Shown here one piece after another: positions 7,888 through 17,362 of a DNA stretch of 42,672 bases. The stretch is from Eubacteriales bacterium. GTDB taxonomy: Bacteria > Bacillota > Clostridia > Oscillospirales > CAG-272. The stretch spans positions 1-42,672 of the forward strand of contig JAZOSS010000011.1 of assembly GCA_045657205.1 (NCBI GenBank), in the 5' to 3' direction. Within the stretch, counting starts at the first letter, position 1, and each line of letters begins with the position of its first letter. The position numbers and the translations under genes are program-made. The notes under the pieces are model-generated. The model had not been told where the DNA came from. It searched no databases and was given only the letters and a program-made list of their open reading frames with translations.

Positions 7888-10203
7888 TTATCCCGCGAGG
7901 GATATGCGCACGGCGCTGACGGTCATATCGTCCTCGCCCAAATGTTCCGTGCAGGCTCTTTCCATTATTTTTTCACAAAGCTGCTCGGGTGTACAATCGC
8001 TTTCGTACGTCAAAAGGTTATAAAGCCAGACGAGCTCGTCGGATTCGTCTGCAACACCGTCACTTACCATGACGGCGATATCGTCATTTTTGAAGGTAAA
8101 ATCTATCCTTTCGGAGCAAAGCTTTTCCATAATACCGACAGGCGGCGTGTGCGACGCCATTCTGAATATTCTTCCGTCGCGTATGACGTACGACGGTGCC
8201 GCCCCGCTTTTTACGAACGAGCCTTTACCGCTTAAAAGATCAACGCACAGAATATCGACCGTTGTAAAGCATTCCCCTCTTTGATTTTTTATAAAATGGT
8301 TCAGCATTTTAAGCACCCCCTCCGTATCCGAACAGCAGGAAAGCATATTTTTCAGAAATACCCCCGCAGGCTTTGATGCAAGCGCGGCGGCTTGTCCGCT
8401 TCCCATTCCGTCACAAATACACATATAAAACTTACCGTCCGCACTGAATGAAAGCACGCTGTCACCGTTTATTATCTCACCGTCCTTCGGCATTTGCAAG
8501 GATGAAAACGTGCAAGCGTACTTTTCTTTCATCTTAAACACGGCGGCTGTGAAGGTGTCACATTCGGAAAACGTGCATTTATCAAGCGTTATACCGAGAA
8601 TTTTTCCGAAATTCCTCTGTATTTCATCACTGTGCGAGCGTATTTTTAAAGAATCCGCACCGCAGGCTATTACCGTCAGCCTTTCTTGTCCGTACACCGC
8701 CACGTTATCACCGAAAAGCTGTTTATATCCGCCTATTTTTTTAAGTCTTGATGTGAGTGGATCGTTGAGCTTGTCACGCGTTCTCCTTTCGTTCGTCACG
8801 TTTTCGATAAAACGAGAAAATCTTGTAATATCCTCCGCCATTATTTCCGTTTTGTTGTTTTTCACCTTTTCGCTGTTATATTCGGCAAGCTTCATATTTA
8901 CGTTTGCCGTGAGCTTTTCGGCAAAATAACAGCCTGTTTTTATTTTTTCGGGAATATCCGACGTGCTGAACACTCCCTTTTCATATATACTTTCAGCACA
9001 TCTGCGTATGTACGGTGAACCCTTGATACCGTTTGGAAAACACAGCTTTTTCATTGAACATTTTTTGCAGAAGGATGAAAATTCCTTTTCACAAAGCGAG
9101 CATATTTCGTGCACGGCAGGACGTTTTTCAACATCGGACAGCGCGTGCATTATACCGGATATTCCGTCAAGGGAGCGTGAGAGTGAGGAAAGGTCGTTTT
9201 CATACGCTTCGATAGTGTATTTATCCGCTATTCTGTCAGGCGGCACGGCGTTTTTGTACGCCGCGTCGTCTTTGAAAATACAAAGACGCGGCAAAACGTG
9301 CAGTTTTTCAAGCGGTACGTATATACCCGATGCGATAATTGCCTCGGGCAGATATTTTACAACCGTTTCAAGATTTGATGAGTACATCCCGAAAAAACCA
9401 AATGCGAAAACACCCGAAACGACGGAAAGCGTGACGGCATCGCTTGGCAAAACTCCGCAAACGAAGCCGAGTGCGGCAAATGACGGACACAGTGAAATAT
9501 CAAGCGCCGCACCGCACAAAGCACCTATAACCGTACCGCGCAGCGCCCCTGCTTTTCTCGACGTATAGACGGGAAACAAAAACGCACAAATACCGCCGAG
9601 GGACGTTGTGAGTATGTCAAAGGACTTCAAAGCGACGACGCAGGAGAAAAAGACGGCGCCTATTCCCGCCTCATACCTCTGTGTATATTTGTTTTCACCG
9701 TCAAGAGCAAGGCAGTAAACGTACGTCATAAACATCCCCAGAAAGACACCGGCAAACACGGCAAAGAGTCCGTAATACGTAAGATCGTCGTTTACAAGGT
9801 TCAAAACAGTCACCGTCAGCATACCGACACCTGCGGCACACACACGGCAAAACGGAGTATCTTTTATAACGAAAAGGTCGAATTTGTCACGTCCGTTTAT
9901 AACGTACTCCACACTGTATCTGAAAACGGTACTTGCACAAAGACCGCAAAAAGATATCCCGATGCTTCCGCCGTTTACAAGAAACGAAAGCATCACACCC
10001 GCTATGGAAAACGGTACGTGACGTCTTACCGCACACATAAACGCCATACCGAACGGATACGTACCGAAAACAGCCTCCCCACACCCGAACAGATACGAGC
10101 ATATACTATATATAAGAGCTTCGGCAAGCTCCTTTGACGTGCTTTTTTCTTTTCCTCTTAAAACTGTCCCGAAGCCTTTTTTTACATTTTTTTCGTCATT
10201 CAT
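7888..10203 (-). CDS. spoIIE: Stage II sporulation protein E (membrane PP2C phosphatase)
   Basis: Multi-TM N-terminus, central Cys cluster (CKKCSMKKLC), and a PP2C domain with NGDS, CDGMGSG, KSGAAPSY, SDGV, DDMTV. Confidence 0.88.
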   Translation of the reverse strand: MNDEKNVKKGFGTVLRGKEKSTSKELAEALIYSICSYLFGCGEAVFGTYPFGMAFMCAVRRHVPFSIAGVMLSFLVNGGSIGISFCGLCASTVFRYSVEYVINGRDKFDLFVIKDTPFCRVCAAGVGMLTVTVLNLVNDDLTYYGLFAVFAGVFLGMFMTYVYCLALDGENKYTQRYEAGIGAVFFSCVVALKSFDILTTSLGGICAFLFPVYTSRKAGALRGTVIGALCGAALDISLCPSFAALGFVCGVLPSDAVTLSVVSGVFAFGFFGMYSSNLETVVKYLPEAIIASGIYVPLEKLHVLPRLCIFKDDAAYKNAVPPDRIADKYTIEAYENDLSSLSRSLDGISGIMHALSDVEKRPAVHEICSLCEKEFSSFCKKCSMKKLCFPNGIKGSPYIRRCAESIYEKGVFSTSDIPEKIKTGCYFAEKLTANVNMKLAEYNSEKVKNNKTEIMAEDITRFSRFIENVTNERRTRDKLNDPLTSRLKKIGGYKQLFGDNVAVYGQERLTVIACGADSLKIRSHSDEIQRNFGKILGITLDKCTFSECDTFTAAVFKMKEKYACTFSSLQMPKDGEIINGDSVLSFSADGKFYMCICDGMGSGQAAALASKPAGVFLKNMLSCCSDTEGVLKMLNHFIKNQRGECFTTVDILCVDLLSGKGSFVKSGAAPSYVIRDGRIFRMASHTPPVGIMEKLCSERIDFTFKNDDIAVMVSDGVADESDELVWLYNLLTYESDCTPEQLCEKIMERACTEHLGEDDMTVSAVRISLAG

Positions 10204-10258
10204 TTTTTATTTCCTTTCAATATATAGCAAATTCGGGAAGTATCGTACCCGTATTTCT

Positions 10259-10292
10259 ATAATACTACCTCAAGCTCGTTTAAACTGTCGAA
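10259..10292 (-). promoter_or_regulatory. Spo0A-dependent promoter of spoIIE
   Basis: Perfect 0A box TGTCGAA (10286-10292, + strand) 21 bp upstream of a minus-strand TATTAT -10 (10264-10259); one-mismatch boxes at 10338-10344 and 10391-10397. Confidence 0.65.
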
Positions 10293-10473
10293 AGGGACAG
10301 GGGGGATTTTATAAGATTTTTTCGTAAAACCGCATTATGACAAAGGAAAGACGGAACTACTCTGTAAAAAAAGGTTTTTATCTCTTTTTATGTCTAACGA
10401 TTTTTATTTTTCACCGTGCATACATCCGTAACAAATAATATTATAATTTTTATTAAAACTTTAATTTAAAATG

Positions 10474-10502
10474 TTGACATGCATACTTGTATATGATATA
10501 CT
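10474..10502 (+). promoter_or_regulatory. SigA-type promoter of the dockerin/cohesin gene pair
   Basis: TTGACA-17 bp-TATACT with TG extension. Confidence 0.75.
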
Positions 10503-10538
10503 TTTTTATGTATATAATATAAAAAAGCGGGGGTATTT

Positions 10539-11915
10539 ATGAAAAGAATACGTGTTTTGTGTTTCGTTGTTTCACTTGTTTTCTGTGTTCTTTCATACCC
10601 CGTTTACGCCTCCGATTCACCTGCTTACAAAAAGCTTATAAACGAAGAACCCGTGTACACGATGAACGTCACAGTTGAGCAGCTTTTGGACTTTTACAAG
10701 ACCTCATCGACTGATGAAATACTCGACCTTACGAAGAACAATTACACCGAGGGTGCCGTGTCGGTCGGCGGTATAAAAACCGTATGCCACGTATATATGC
10801 GTACGTTTTCGATAACCGATATAGGCAATTACAAAGCCGATGAAGCGAAGGCTTTGGCTGACAGCATATTTGAAAAGGTAAAGGGAAGCCTTTCGGAAAA
10901 GTATATGAAATGTATCGCACGCTCGTACAGCATAAATATTTCGGGAATACCCGATAAAGCCACGGGTACTTACAAAAGCTTTACCGTTAAATTTCTCATC
11001 GCCGCAGGCGAAAGCAACGAAGAAAGAGCAACCGTCATAAACGAGTTCGTAAAGCCTGCCGCAGCTGTGTGGGAAGGGCTTGATATCGGAGAAAAAATAA
11101 TAAAGCTCAACGAATTTTTGTTAAACGGTCAGTTCTCCTACGACGTTTCAAAAATAAACCGTTCAAGTATTTACGCCTTTATAAAAGATAAAAAGGGCGT
11201 GTGCGAGGAATATTCGGGGCTTACCTCTCTGTTTTTAGATGAATTCGGCTGTAAAAACACCATAATAACGGGTAAAACGAGCGGTGACGGTCATATGTGG
11301 AATATCGTTTATATAAACGAAAGACCTTACCATCTCGACATACTTCACAACGGTCCCATTGACGAAAACGGTGCACACGTTGAAATAACGAGAGATTTTC
11401 TGCTCGTTTCAAGTGAGAAGATAACGCCGTCACGCACACCCGACAAAAGATATGAGGAAATTTGCAAAAGTGCGGTTTACGACTATATTTTTGAAGGAGT
11501 GCCGACAGAGCTTCCGACTGATATTTTCAGCATTGAAAACGGTATGATAAATACATTACCCGTCGGAACACCCGTTTTAAGCGTAAGAGAAGCGTACGGA
11601 GAAAATTCTGCCTTTCTCGTTTTCACGTCAAAGGACGGCAGAGTGCTTTCCGATGATGAACTTATAGGCTCCGGATGCGTAATATCACTTGAAGCAAACG
11701 GAAAAATAATTGATTCCGCTGCGTTTTTCGTAACGGGTGATGTTGACGGGAACGGAATTATGGACAAAAACGACCTTGATGCGGTCGCCTCGGTAATTAT
11801 GAGACGGGATACCGCGGAAGGAGTTGAGCGTTTTTGTGACATAAACCTCGACGGAGCCGTTACGGTGACGGATTTTCTTATACTTTCGGTACTTGGAAAT
11901 ACAATATCACAGTAA
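10539..11915 (+). CDS. Secreted transglutaminase-like (Cys-His-Asp) protein with C-terminal X-module and dockerin
   Basis: Signal peptide (VYA cleavage), GVCEEYS..HMWN..HLD triad, duplicated Ca-binding loops GDVDGNGIMDKND and CDINLDGAVTVTD. Confidence 0.8.
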   Translation: MKRIRVLCFVVSLVFCVLSYPVYASDSPAYKKLINEEPVYTMNVTVEQLLDFYKTSSTDEILDLTKNNYTEGAVSVGGIKTVCHVYMRTFSITDIGNYKADEAKALADSIFEKVKGSLSEKYMKCIARSYSINISGIPDKATGTYKSFTVKFLIAAGESNEERATVINEFVKPAAAVWEGLDIGEKIIKLNEFLLNGQFSYDVSKINRSSIYAFIKDKKGVCEEYSGLTSLFLDEFGCKNTIITGKTSGDGHMWNIVYINERPYHLDILHNGPIDENGAHVEITRDFLLVSSEKITPSRTPDKRYEEICKSAVYDYIFEGVPTELPTDIFSIENGMINTLPVGTPVLSVREAYGENSAFLVFTSKDGRVLSDDELIGSGCVISLEANGKIIDSAAFFVTGDVDGNGIMDKNDLDAVASVIMRRDTAEGVERFCDINLDGAVTVTDFLILSVLGNTISQ

Positions 11916-11930
11916 TTTTCGGAAAATAAT

Positions 11931-12878
11931 ATGAAAAAAATTTGTGTTATTCTTACACTTATCACGGCGTTTGCCTTAAATACGGCTGTACACGGTGCAG
12001 TTTACTCATCATACGGCGATATTGAAACGGATAATAACGTATTCAGCGTTCATTTTGAAGCGCATATGATGCCGATAATAACGGATACGGACACGGAAGC
12101 AGAGCCTTCGGAAAGCACGGAGGACTCAACCCTTGCCGAAACTTCTGATACGGTTTACGAAAGTCACGGCACGGATTCCGTAACGTCTGATGTATACACC
12201 GAAGCTGAAACGTCAGGCGAAATACAAAACGAAACCTCAAGCGACACTTCAAATGAAACGTCGGGGGATACGGAAACGGTTGAAAAGACCGTTTTCGGCG
12301 GAGAAGGTACGGTAAAATTTTCACCCGAAGAACTTAAAATACTGTCCGTGACACCTCTTTTCGGTGAAAATATCGGTTACGATCTTAACGCAGGGGAAGG
12401 CTTTTTGAGATTTATGTTTTATTCCTCGGCGGAAATAAAAGAAAGTATTTCGATGTTTGATATTGAATTTGAAATACTGTCGGTCGATAAAAACAAAACT
12501 GTGTCGGTTATCCTCACCGAAGGGCTTTTCTCAGACTCAAAGACGGATACCACGTGTGAAGACGTAGTACACACGGTTAAAGCAAGTGGTTTTTCGCAAG
12601 TAACCACAGCCCCTCCTTTGGAAACTGTCGAAAAGGAAACGACGTCAACGGAGCAGACGTTTCCAAAAGATGATACAGACGAAACACACGGAATTTTTGA
12701 AACGACAATTGATATATCACACAACGTAACTGTTTCGACGTCACATTCTGCGAACACGCAAGATCCATCAGATGCCGATACCGGCACATCCATTACAGTT
12801 ATGATAACGGCTGCTTTTTCTGTCATACTGCTGACCGCAGGTGCGATCCTCGTATCAAAAAAAATAAAGAGCAAATAA
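11931..12878 (+). CDS. Cell-surface-anchored cohesin-like protein
   Basis: Signal peptide, cohesin-like strand pattern (GTVKFSPEELKILSV, GFLRFMF, MFDIEFEIL, GLFSD), Thr/Glu-rich linkers, and a C-terminal DADTG-TM-KKIKSK sorting-like signal. Confidence 0.6.
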   Translation: MKKICVILTLITAFALNTAVHGAVYSSYGDIETDNNVFSVHFEAHMMPIITDTDTEAEPSESTEDSTLAETSDTVYESHGTDSVTSDVYTEAETSGEIQNETSSDTSNETSGDTETVEKTVFGGEGTVKFSPEELKILSVTPLFGENIGYDLNAGEGFLRFMFYSSAEIKESISMFDIEFEILSVDKNKTVSVILTEGLFSDSKTDTTCEDVVHTVKASGFSQVTTAPPLETVEKETTSTEQTFPKDDTDETHGIFETTIDISHNVTVSTSHSANTQDPSDADTGTSITVMITAAFSVILLTAGAILVSKKIKSK

Positions 12879-12913
12879 AAAATCGGAGGTCTTAAAACAA
12901 GATCTCCGATTTT
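12879..12913. terminator. Bidirectional intrinsic terminator
   Basis: AAAATCGGAGGTCTT-aaaac-AAGATCTCCGATTTT between converging genes. Confidence 0.8.
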
Positions 12914-12916
12914 ATT

Positions 12917-14233
12917 TTATGAAAGCTTTGCAAACGCACACCAGCCGTCAGCTTCGCTGTAAGCCAAAAAAATGCCGCCTGCACATTCCGTTATGTGCGT
13001 ATATTCAAACCCGACGACCGTATTGCCGTGTACGTCGATCACGCCTTTTTTACCGTTTTTGTCACCGACGACCGCAAGACCTTCGCAAAACGGTGTTGCG
13101 TAGGTGTATTCGATATCCGTTATCCAGTCGTTTTTCAGTGCGTAGAAGCCGTATTTTCCATCTCTTTCAAGAAGCATACGTTGATTTGAATACGAAATAA
13201 GCTTCGTATTAAACGGAAGCTTATATTCTTTACCCGACGTATTTATCAAGGTTTCGTAGTCCTCAGCCACCTTGTTTCTATAGTCAATAACGATATTTCT
13301 CACCATAACGTAACCGCTGTCAAAATAGACAGCACCCTTTGAGTATATATCCCTTTTACCGACCTTTAAGAAGCCTTTTATTTTTTTCGTTCCGTCTTTG
13401 CTGTAGAAATACGCATCATCTCCGTCGCAGGTCATACCGAAGCCTTCGGAAAATCCGTAGCCGTACTCACCTTCAGCAGAAAAGAGCGTTTCACCGCCGG
13501 AATTTTTGTAAACGGCACCGCCGGCACCGTTTACGGCGTATATATCACGGGGGTTTTCCACACGGTTGAAATAAAGTCCCGTGTCGTACTTTTCCGTTTT
13601 GACGAGCGTTTCATTTTCTATTTTGAAAAACTCACCGTCTTTTTCAAAAACGGGCGCACCGTTTTTATCCGTCGCATATATAAGCTCTCCGAGTGAGGTT
13701 TTCGGCACTTCAAGTATCTTTTCAAGTGCCGTATCGTAGACTGACGATACACCGTTTTCCGTCACTATGATATATCCCATATAAAGCTCGGCGGAATACA
13801 TATCCTGCTCCGTCTTCAAATGAAGATAGTCCCTTTGTACTCCGTCACGTCCCAAAGTTACGGAAGTATAGGGTTTTATTATAGTTCCGCTTGTATAATT
13901 ATGCGGTAGATCAAGGGGTAATTTTGCAATAATATGCACGTTTTTATCGTACGTTTCACCGCTTACACCGTAACCTTCGGCAAGATATCCGTCAGCATCG
14001 GGTATATTTATTTTATCCTCCGTGACATCGTCTTCAGGTACCGAGGTATCGCTTTCGTTTGGGATGCTGCCTTCTGTTTCGGGCGGCGTTTTTTCGCCGT
14101 CGTCGGGGACGTCCCTGTCAATAAACGATATATCGTAATATCCTTCCGCATAAAGCACGGCGGAAAGCACAGCCGTACACATAAGTATGACGCACAGCAC
14201 CGTTATTATTATATTCTTTCCTGTTTGAACCAT
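12917..14233 (-). CDS. Membrane-anchored WG-repeat protein
   Basis: N-terminal TM, acidic linker, repeats such as GKYGFY..YTYATPFCEGLAVV..GKKGVIDVHG and FSEGFG. Confidence 0.75.
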   Translation of the reverse strand: MVQTGKNIIITVLCVILMCTAVLSAVLYAEGYYDISFIDRDVPDDGEKTPPETEGSIPNESDTSVPEDDVTEDKINIPDADGYLAEGYGVSGETYDKNVHIIAKLPLDLPHNYTSGTIIKPYTSVTLGRDGVQRDYLHLKTEQDMYSAELYMGYIIVTENGVSSVYDTALEKILEVPKTSLGELIYATDKNGAPVFEKDGEFFKIENETLVKTEKYDTGLYFNRVENPRDIYAVNGAGGAVYKNSGGETLFSAEGEYGYGFSEGFGMTCDGDDAYFYSKDGTKKIKGFLKVGKRDIYSKGAVYFDSGYVMVRNIVIDYRNKVAEDYETLINTSGKEYKLPFNTKLISYSNQRMLLERDGKYGFYALKNDWITDIEYTYATPFCEGLAVVGDKNGKKGVIDVHGNTVVGFEYTHITECAGGIFLAYSEADGWCAFAKLS

Positions 14234-14253
14234 AATTTCGTCCGTATTCTGCT

Positions 14254-14357
14254 TTTTAATTATATTCGTTTACGAATATAATTTCAAGTTTGCGTAAGCA
14301 AACATTTCAAGCGGCTCTGCCGCATTTAATTCAATTTGTTTACAAATTGAATTTCAT
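14254..14357. repeat. Array of four perfect hairpins separated by 7-nt ATTTCAA-type linkers
   Basis: TATATTCG-ttta-CGAATATA / ATTTCAA / GTTTGC-gtaa-GCAAAC / ATTTCAA / GCGGC-tct-GCCGC / ATTTAAT / TCAATTTG-ttta-CAAATTGA / ATTTCAT. Confidence 0.85.
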
Positions 14358-14399
14358 TCGTCAACTTCTCTCCCTCTTAGAGAAAAGTCTTGTCCAATT

Positions 14400-14833
14400 A
14401 TTCATTATTCATCAATTTTCAATGCCCTCTCACCCACTTCGTGGGAGCTCTCCCAAAAGGAGAGCCTTTGGATGCACAAAAGAACGAGGATAAAGCCTCT
14501 CACTTTGGGAGAGGTGGCAGCGCAGCTGACGGAGAGGGCAGTGCATAATGATGAAGTTCAGCTAAATTTATAGATACCACTGACACCTCATTCACGTAGT
14601 TGCTTGCAACTACATCCCCCATTCTCCCACTGGAGAAGGCTCAATAGACTTACTTTTACGACAGTTTACAGTGGTAAAGTTCAGCTAACTTTATAGATAC
14701 CATAGACACCTCATCCGTCAGCTGCGCTGACACCTTCTCCCACTGGAGAAGGCTAAGGCGATCATTCATTATTCATCAATTCTCAATGCCCTCTCACCCA
14801 CTTCGTGGGAGCTCTCCCAAAGGGAGAGCCTTT
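14400..14833. repeat. Cluster of five two-hairpin REP-like palindromic elements downstream of gyrA
   Basis: 70-bp near-identical direct repeats at 14400-14469 and 14764-14833 (CCCTCTCACCCACTTCGTGGGAGCTCTCCCAAA.GGAGAGCC), an inverted relative at 14493-14540, and two GACACCTCAT..TTCTCCCACTGGAGAAGGCT units at 14554-14641 and 14677-14754. Confidence 0.85.
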
Positions 14834-14850
14834 AGGCTTGGGTGTATATT

Positions 14851-17337
14851 TTAATTATCTGATGTTGAGTTTTCTTCTGTTTCCGGTTCTGTATCGTCTT
14901 CGGGATCCGTATGCGTGAAGTTTACGACCATATCGCCTTCTTCTTTGAATCTTACGACGATAACTCCGACAGCACTTCTTCCGCAAACTCTTACATCGCT
15001 TGCGCGGAATCTTATAAGCACGCCCTTTGTCGTTACAATGATGATATCTTCATCATCGGAAACGGATGCAATACCTGCAAGCTTGCCCGATTCTTCCGTT
15101 ATCTTATGGCAGACGACACCCTTACCGCCTCGTCCGTGTACGGAATAATTTTCAAATTCCGTTCTCTTACCGTAGCCGTTTTCCGTGATGGAAAGGAGCT
15201 TTTTGCCTTCTTCGCAAACAGCCGCGCCCGTTACGAAATCGCCCTCGGCAAGCTTTATGCCGCGTACGCCCTTGGATGCTCTGCCCATCTCACGCACGTT
15301 CTTTTCGTTAAAGCATACCGCCTGTCCTTCGTGCGTACATACAACGACGTCGCAGTTGCCGTCGGTAAGACGTACGAACAGAAGCTCGTTATCGTCTTCA
15401 AGCAAAATAGCGATCTTTCCGCCTCGTCTGCGCTGTTCAAACTCGGAAAGCTTCGTCTTTTTGACCGTACCGTTTTTCGTCACCATCAAAAGATATCCGC
15501 CCTTTGTAAAGTCGTCAACGGGGACGAGTGCCGTTATCTTTTCGTTTTCCGCAAGGTCTATTACGTTTACGATATTGGAGCCCTTCGACGTTCTGCTTCC
15601 CTTGGGAAGTGAGTAGACCTTCTTCATAAACACACGGCCCGTGTTCGTAAACATCATCATATACGAATGGCTGTGTGCGGCAACGACGTTTATAACGAAG
15701 TCGTCTTCCTTCGTCGTCATACTCTTAAGACCCTTACCGCCCTTATTCTGTACGGAATAGTCGGAGGCGGGCTGCATCTTGATGTATCCGCCGTAGGTGA
15801 GAGTTACGACGCAGTTTTCACGTTCAATGAGGTCTTCGTCTATTATTTCCTCATCGGATTCTTCTATTCTCGTTCTTCTTTCGTCACCGAATTTATCTCT
15901 TATCTGTATAAGCTCCTCTTTGATTATTTCGTGGAGCTTGTACTCGTTTTCAAGAACGCTCTGCAATTCGATTATAAGCACACGGAGCTTTTCAAGCTCT
16001 TCTTCTATCTTGAACGTTTCAAGATTTGACAGCTTACCGAGCTGCATTTCGACGATCGCCTGCGCCTGAACGTCGTCAAGGTCGAACGATTCACAAAGCT
16101 GTACCTTCGCATCGGGTATCGACTTCGACGAACGGATTATCTTTATCACTTCGTCGATATTGTCGATAGCAATATGGAGTCCTTCGAGGATGTGGGCACG
16201 CTTTTTCGCCTTGTCGAGATCAAATTCAACGCGGCGGCGTACGACCTCCTCCTGGTGTCTTATATAGTGTGTAAGTATTTCTTTAAGTGAAAGGCACTTA
16301 GGCTCACCGCCGACGAGTGCGAGCATATTGACGGCACACGTATCCTGGAGCTGTGTATATTTATACAGCTGATTTAAGATGACCTGGCCGTTTGCGTCAC
16401 GGCGGTATTCGATGACGATCTTCATACCGTGGCGTCCGCTTTCGTCACGCAGTGCGGTTATTCCTTCTATTTTTTTAGCTTTTACAAGCTCTGCCATACT
16501 CATAACGAGCATGGATTTATTGACCATGTACGGTATTTCGTATACTTCGATACGGTGCTTGTCTTCAAACACCTCGGCTCTTGCACGGACGTTTATTCTT
16601 CCGCGTCCCGTAGCGTAAGCGTCGTATATGCCCTGCGTGCCGTGGATGGTGGCGTACGTCGGAAAATCGGGGCCTTTTATGAACGTCATAAGCTCACGCA
16701 CGTCGGCTTCGGGATTTTCCATAAGATAGACCGTACCGTCGATGACCTCACGCAGGTTGTGCGGGGGGACGTTCGTTGCCATACCGACGGCGATACCGAC
16801 GGAACCGTTTACGAGAAGGTTCGGAAATCTCGAAGGCAGAACGCGGGGTTCTTTTCTCGTATTATCGAAGTTGGGATCGTAGTCGATGACGTTCTTTTCG
16901 ATATCGGCAAGCATATAGTCGGCAAGACGTGACATTCTCGCCTCGGTATAACGGTAAGCAGCCGCGCCGTCACCGTCTACGTTACCGAAGTTACCTTTAC
17001 CGTCAACGAGCGGATAGCGGAGCGAAAAGGGCTGTGCCAGACGTACCATAGAGTCGTAAACGGCTGTATCGCCGTGCGGATGGTATCGACCAAGCACGTT
17101 ACCGACTGTCGTTGCCGATTTTCTGTGCGGATTGCTGTGAACGAGGTTATCCTCGTACATAGCGTACAGAATACGTCTGTGAACGGGTTTAAGACCGTCA
17201 CGCACGTCGGGCAAAGCACGGGAAACTATGACGGACATAGAATATTCAAGGAAGGACTTTTTCACTTCCTTTTCGATATTTATATCCACGATTTTTTGGT
17301 CTTTAAATTCAATATCCTGACTTGTGTATTTTTCCAT
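14851..17337 (-). CDS. gyrA: DNA gyrase subunit A
   Basis: RALPDVRDGLKPVHRR, YHPHGD, catalytic AAYRYTEARM, GyrA-box QNKGGKG. Confidence 0.98.
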   Translation of the reverse strand: MEKYTSQDIEFKDQKIVDINIEKEVKKSFLEYSMSVIVSRALPDVRDGLKPVHRRILYAMYEDNLVHSNPHRKSATTVGNVLGRYHPHGDTAVYDSMVRLAQPFSLRYPLVDGKGNFGNVDGDGAAAYRYTEARMSRLADYMLADIEKNVIDYDPNFDNTRKEPRVLPSRFPNLLVNGSVGIAVGMATNVPPHNLREVIDGTVYLMENPEADVRELMTFIKGPDFPTYATIHGTQGIYDAYATGRGRINVRARAEVFEDKHRIEVYEIPYMVNKSMLVMSMAELVKAKKIEGITALRDESGRHGMKIVIEYRRDANGQVILNQLYKYTQLQDTCAVNMLALVGGEPKCLSLKEILTHYIRHQEEVVRRRVEFDLDKAKKRAHILEGLHIAIDNIDEVIKIIRSSKSIPDAKVQLCESFDLDDVQAQAIVEMQLGKLSNLETFKIEEELEKLRVLIIELQSVLENEYKLHEIIKEELIQIRDKFGDERRTRIEESDEEIIDEDLIERENCVVTLTYGGYIKMQPASDYSVQNKGGKGLKSMTTKEDDFVINVVAAHSHSYMMMFTNTGRVFMKKVYSLPKGSRTSKGSNIVNVIDLAENEKITALVPVDDFTKGGYLLMVTKNGTVKKTKLSEFEQRRRGGKIAILLEDDNELLFVRLTDGNCDVVVCTHEGQAVCFNEKNVREMGRASKGVRGIKLAEGDFVTGAAVCEEGKKLLSITENGYGKRTEFENYSVHGRGGKGVVCHKITEESGKLAGIASVSDDEDIIIVTTKGVLIRFRASDVRVCGRSAVGVIVVRFKEEGDMVVNFTHTDPEDDTEPETEENSTSDN

Positions 17338-17362
17338 TGATTTCTCCGTTTTTTATATTGGA

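Noticed and set aside
14911-17340. Long antisense or alternate-frame ORFs within gyrA and other genes (e.g. 32548-33366, 8963-9568)
   Set aside because: Shadow ORFs of well-supported genes with no independent signals.
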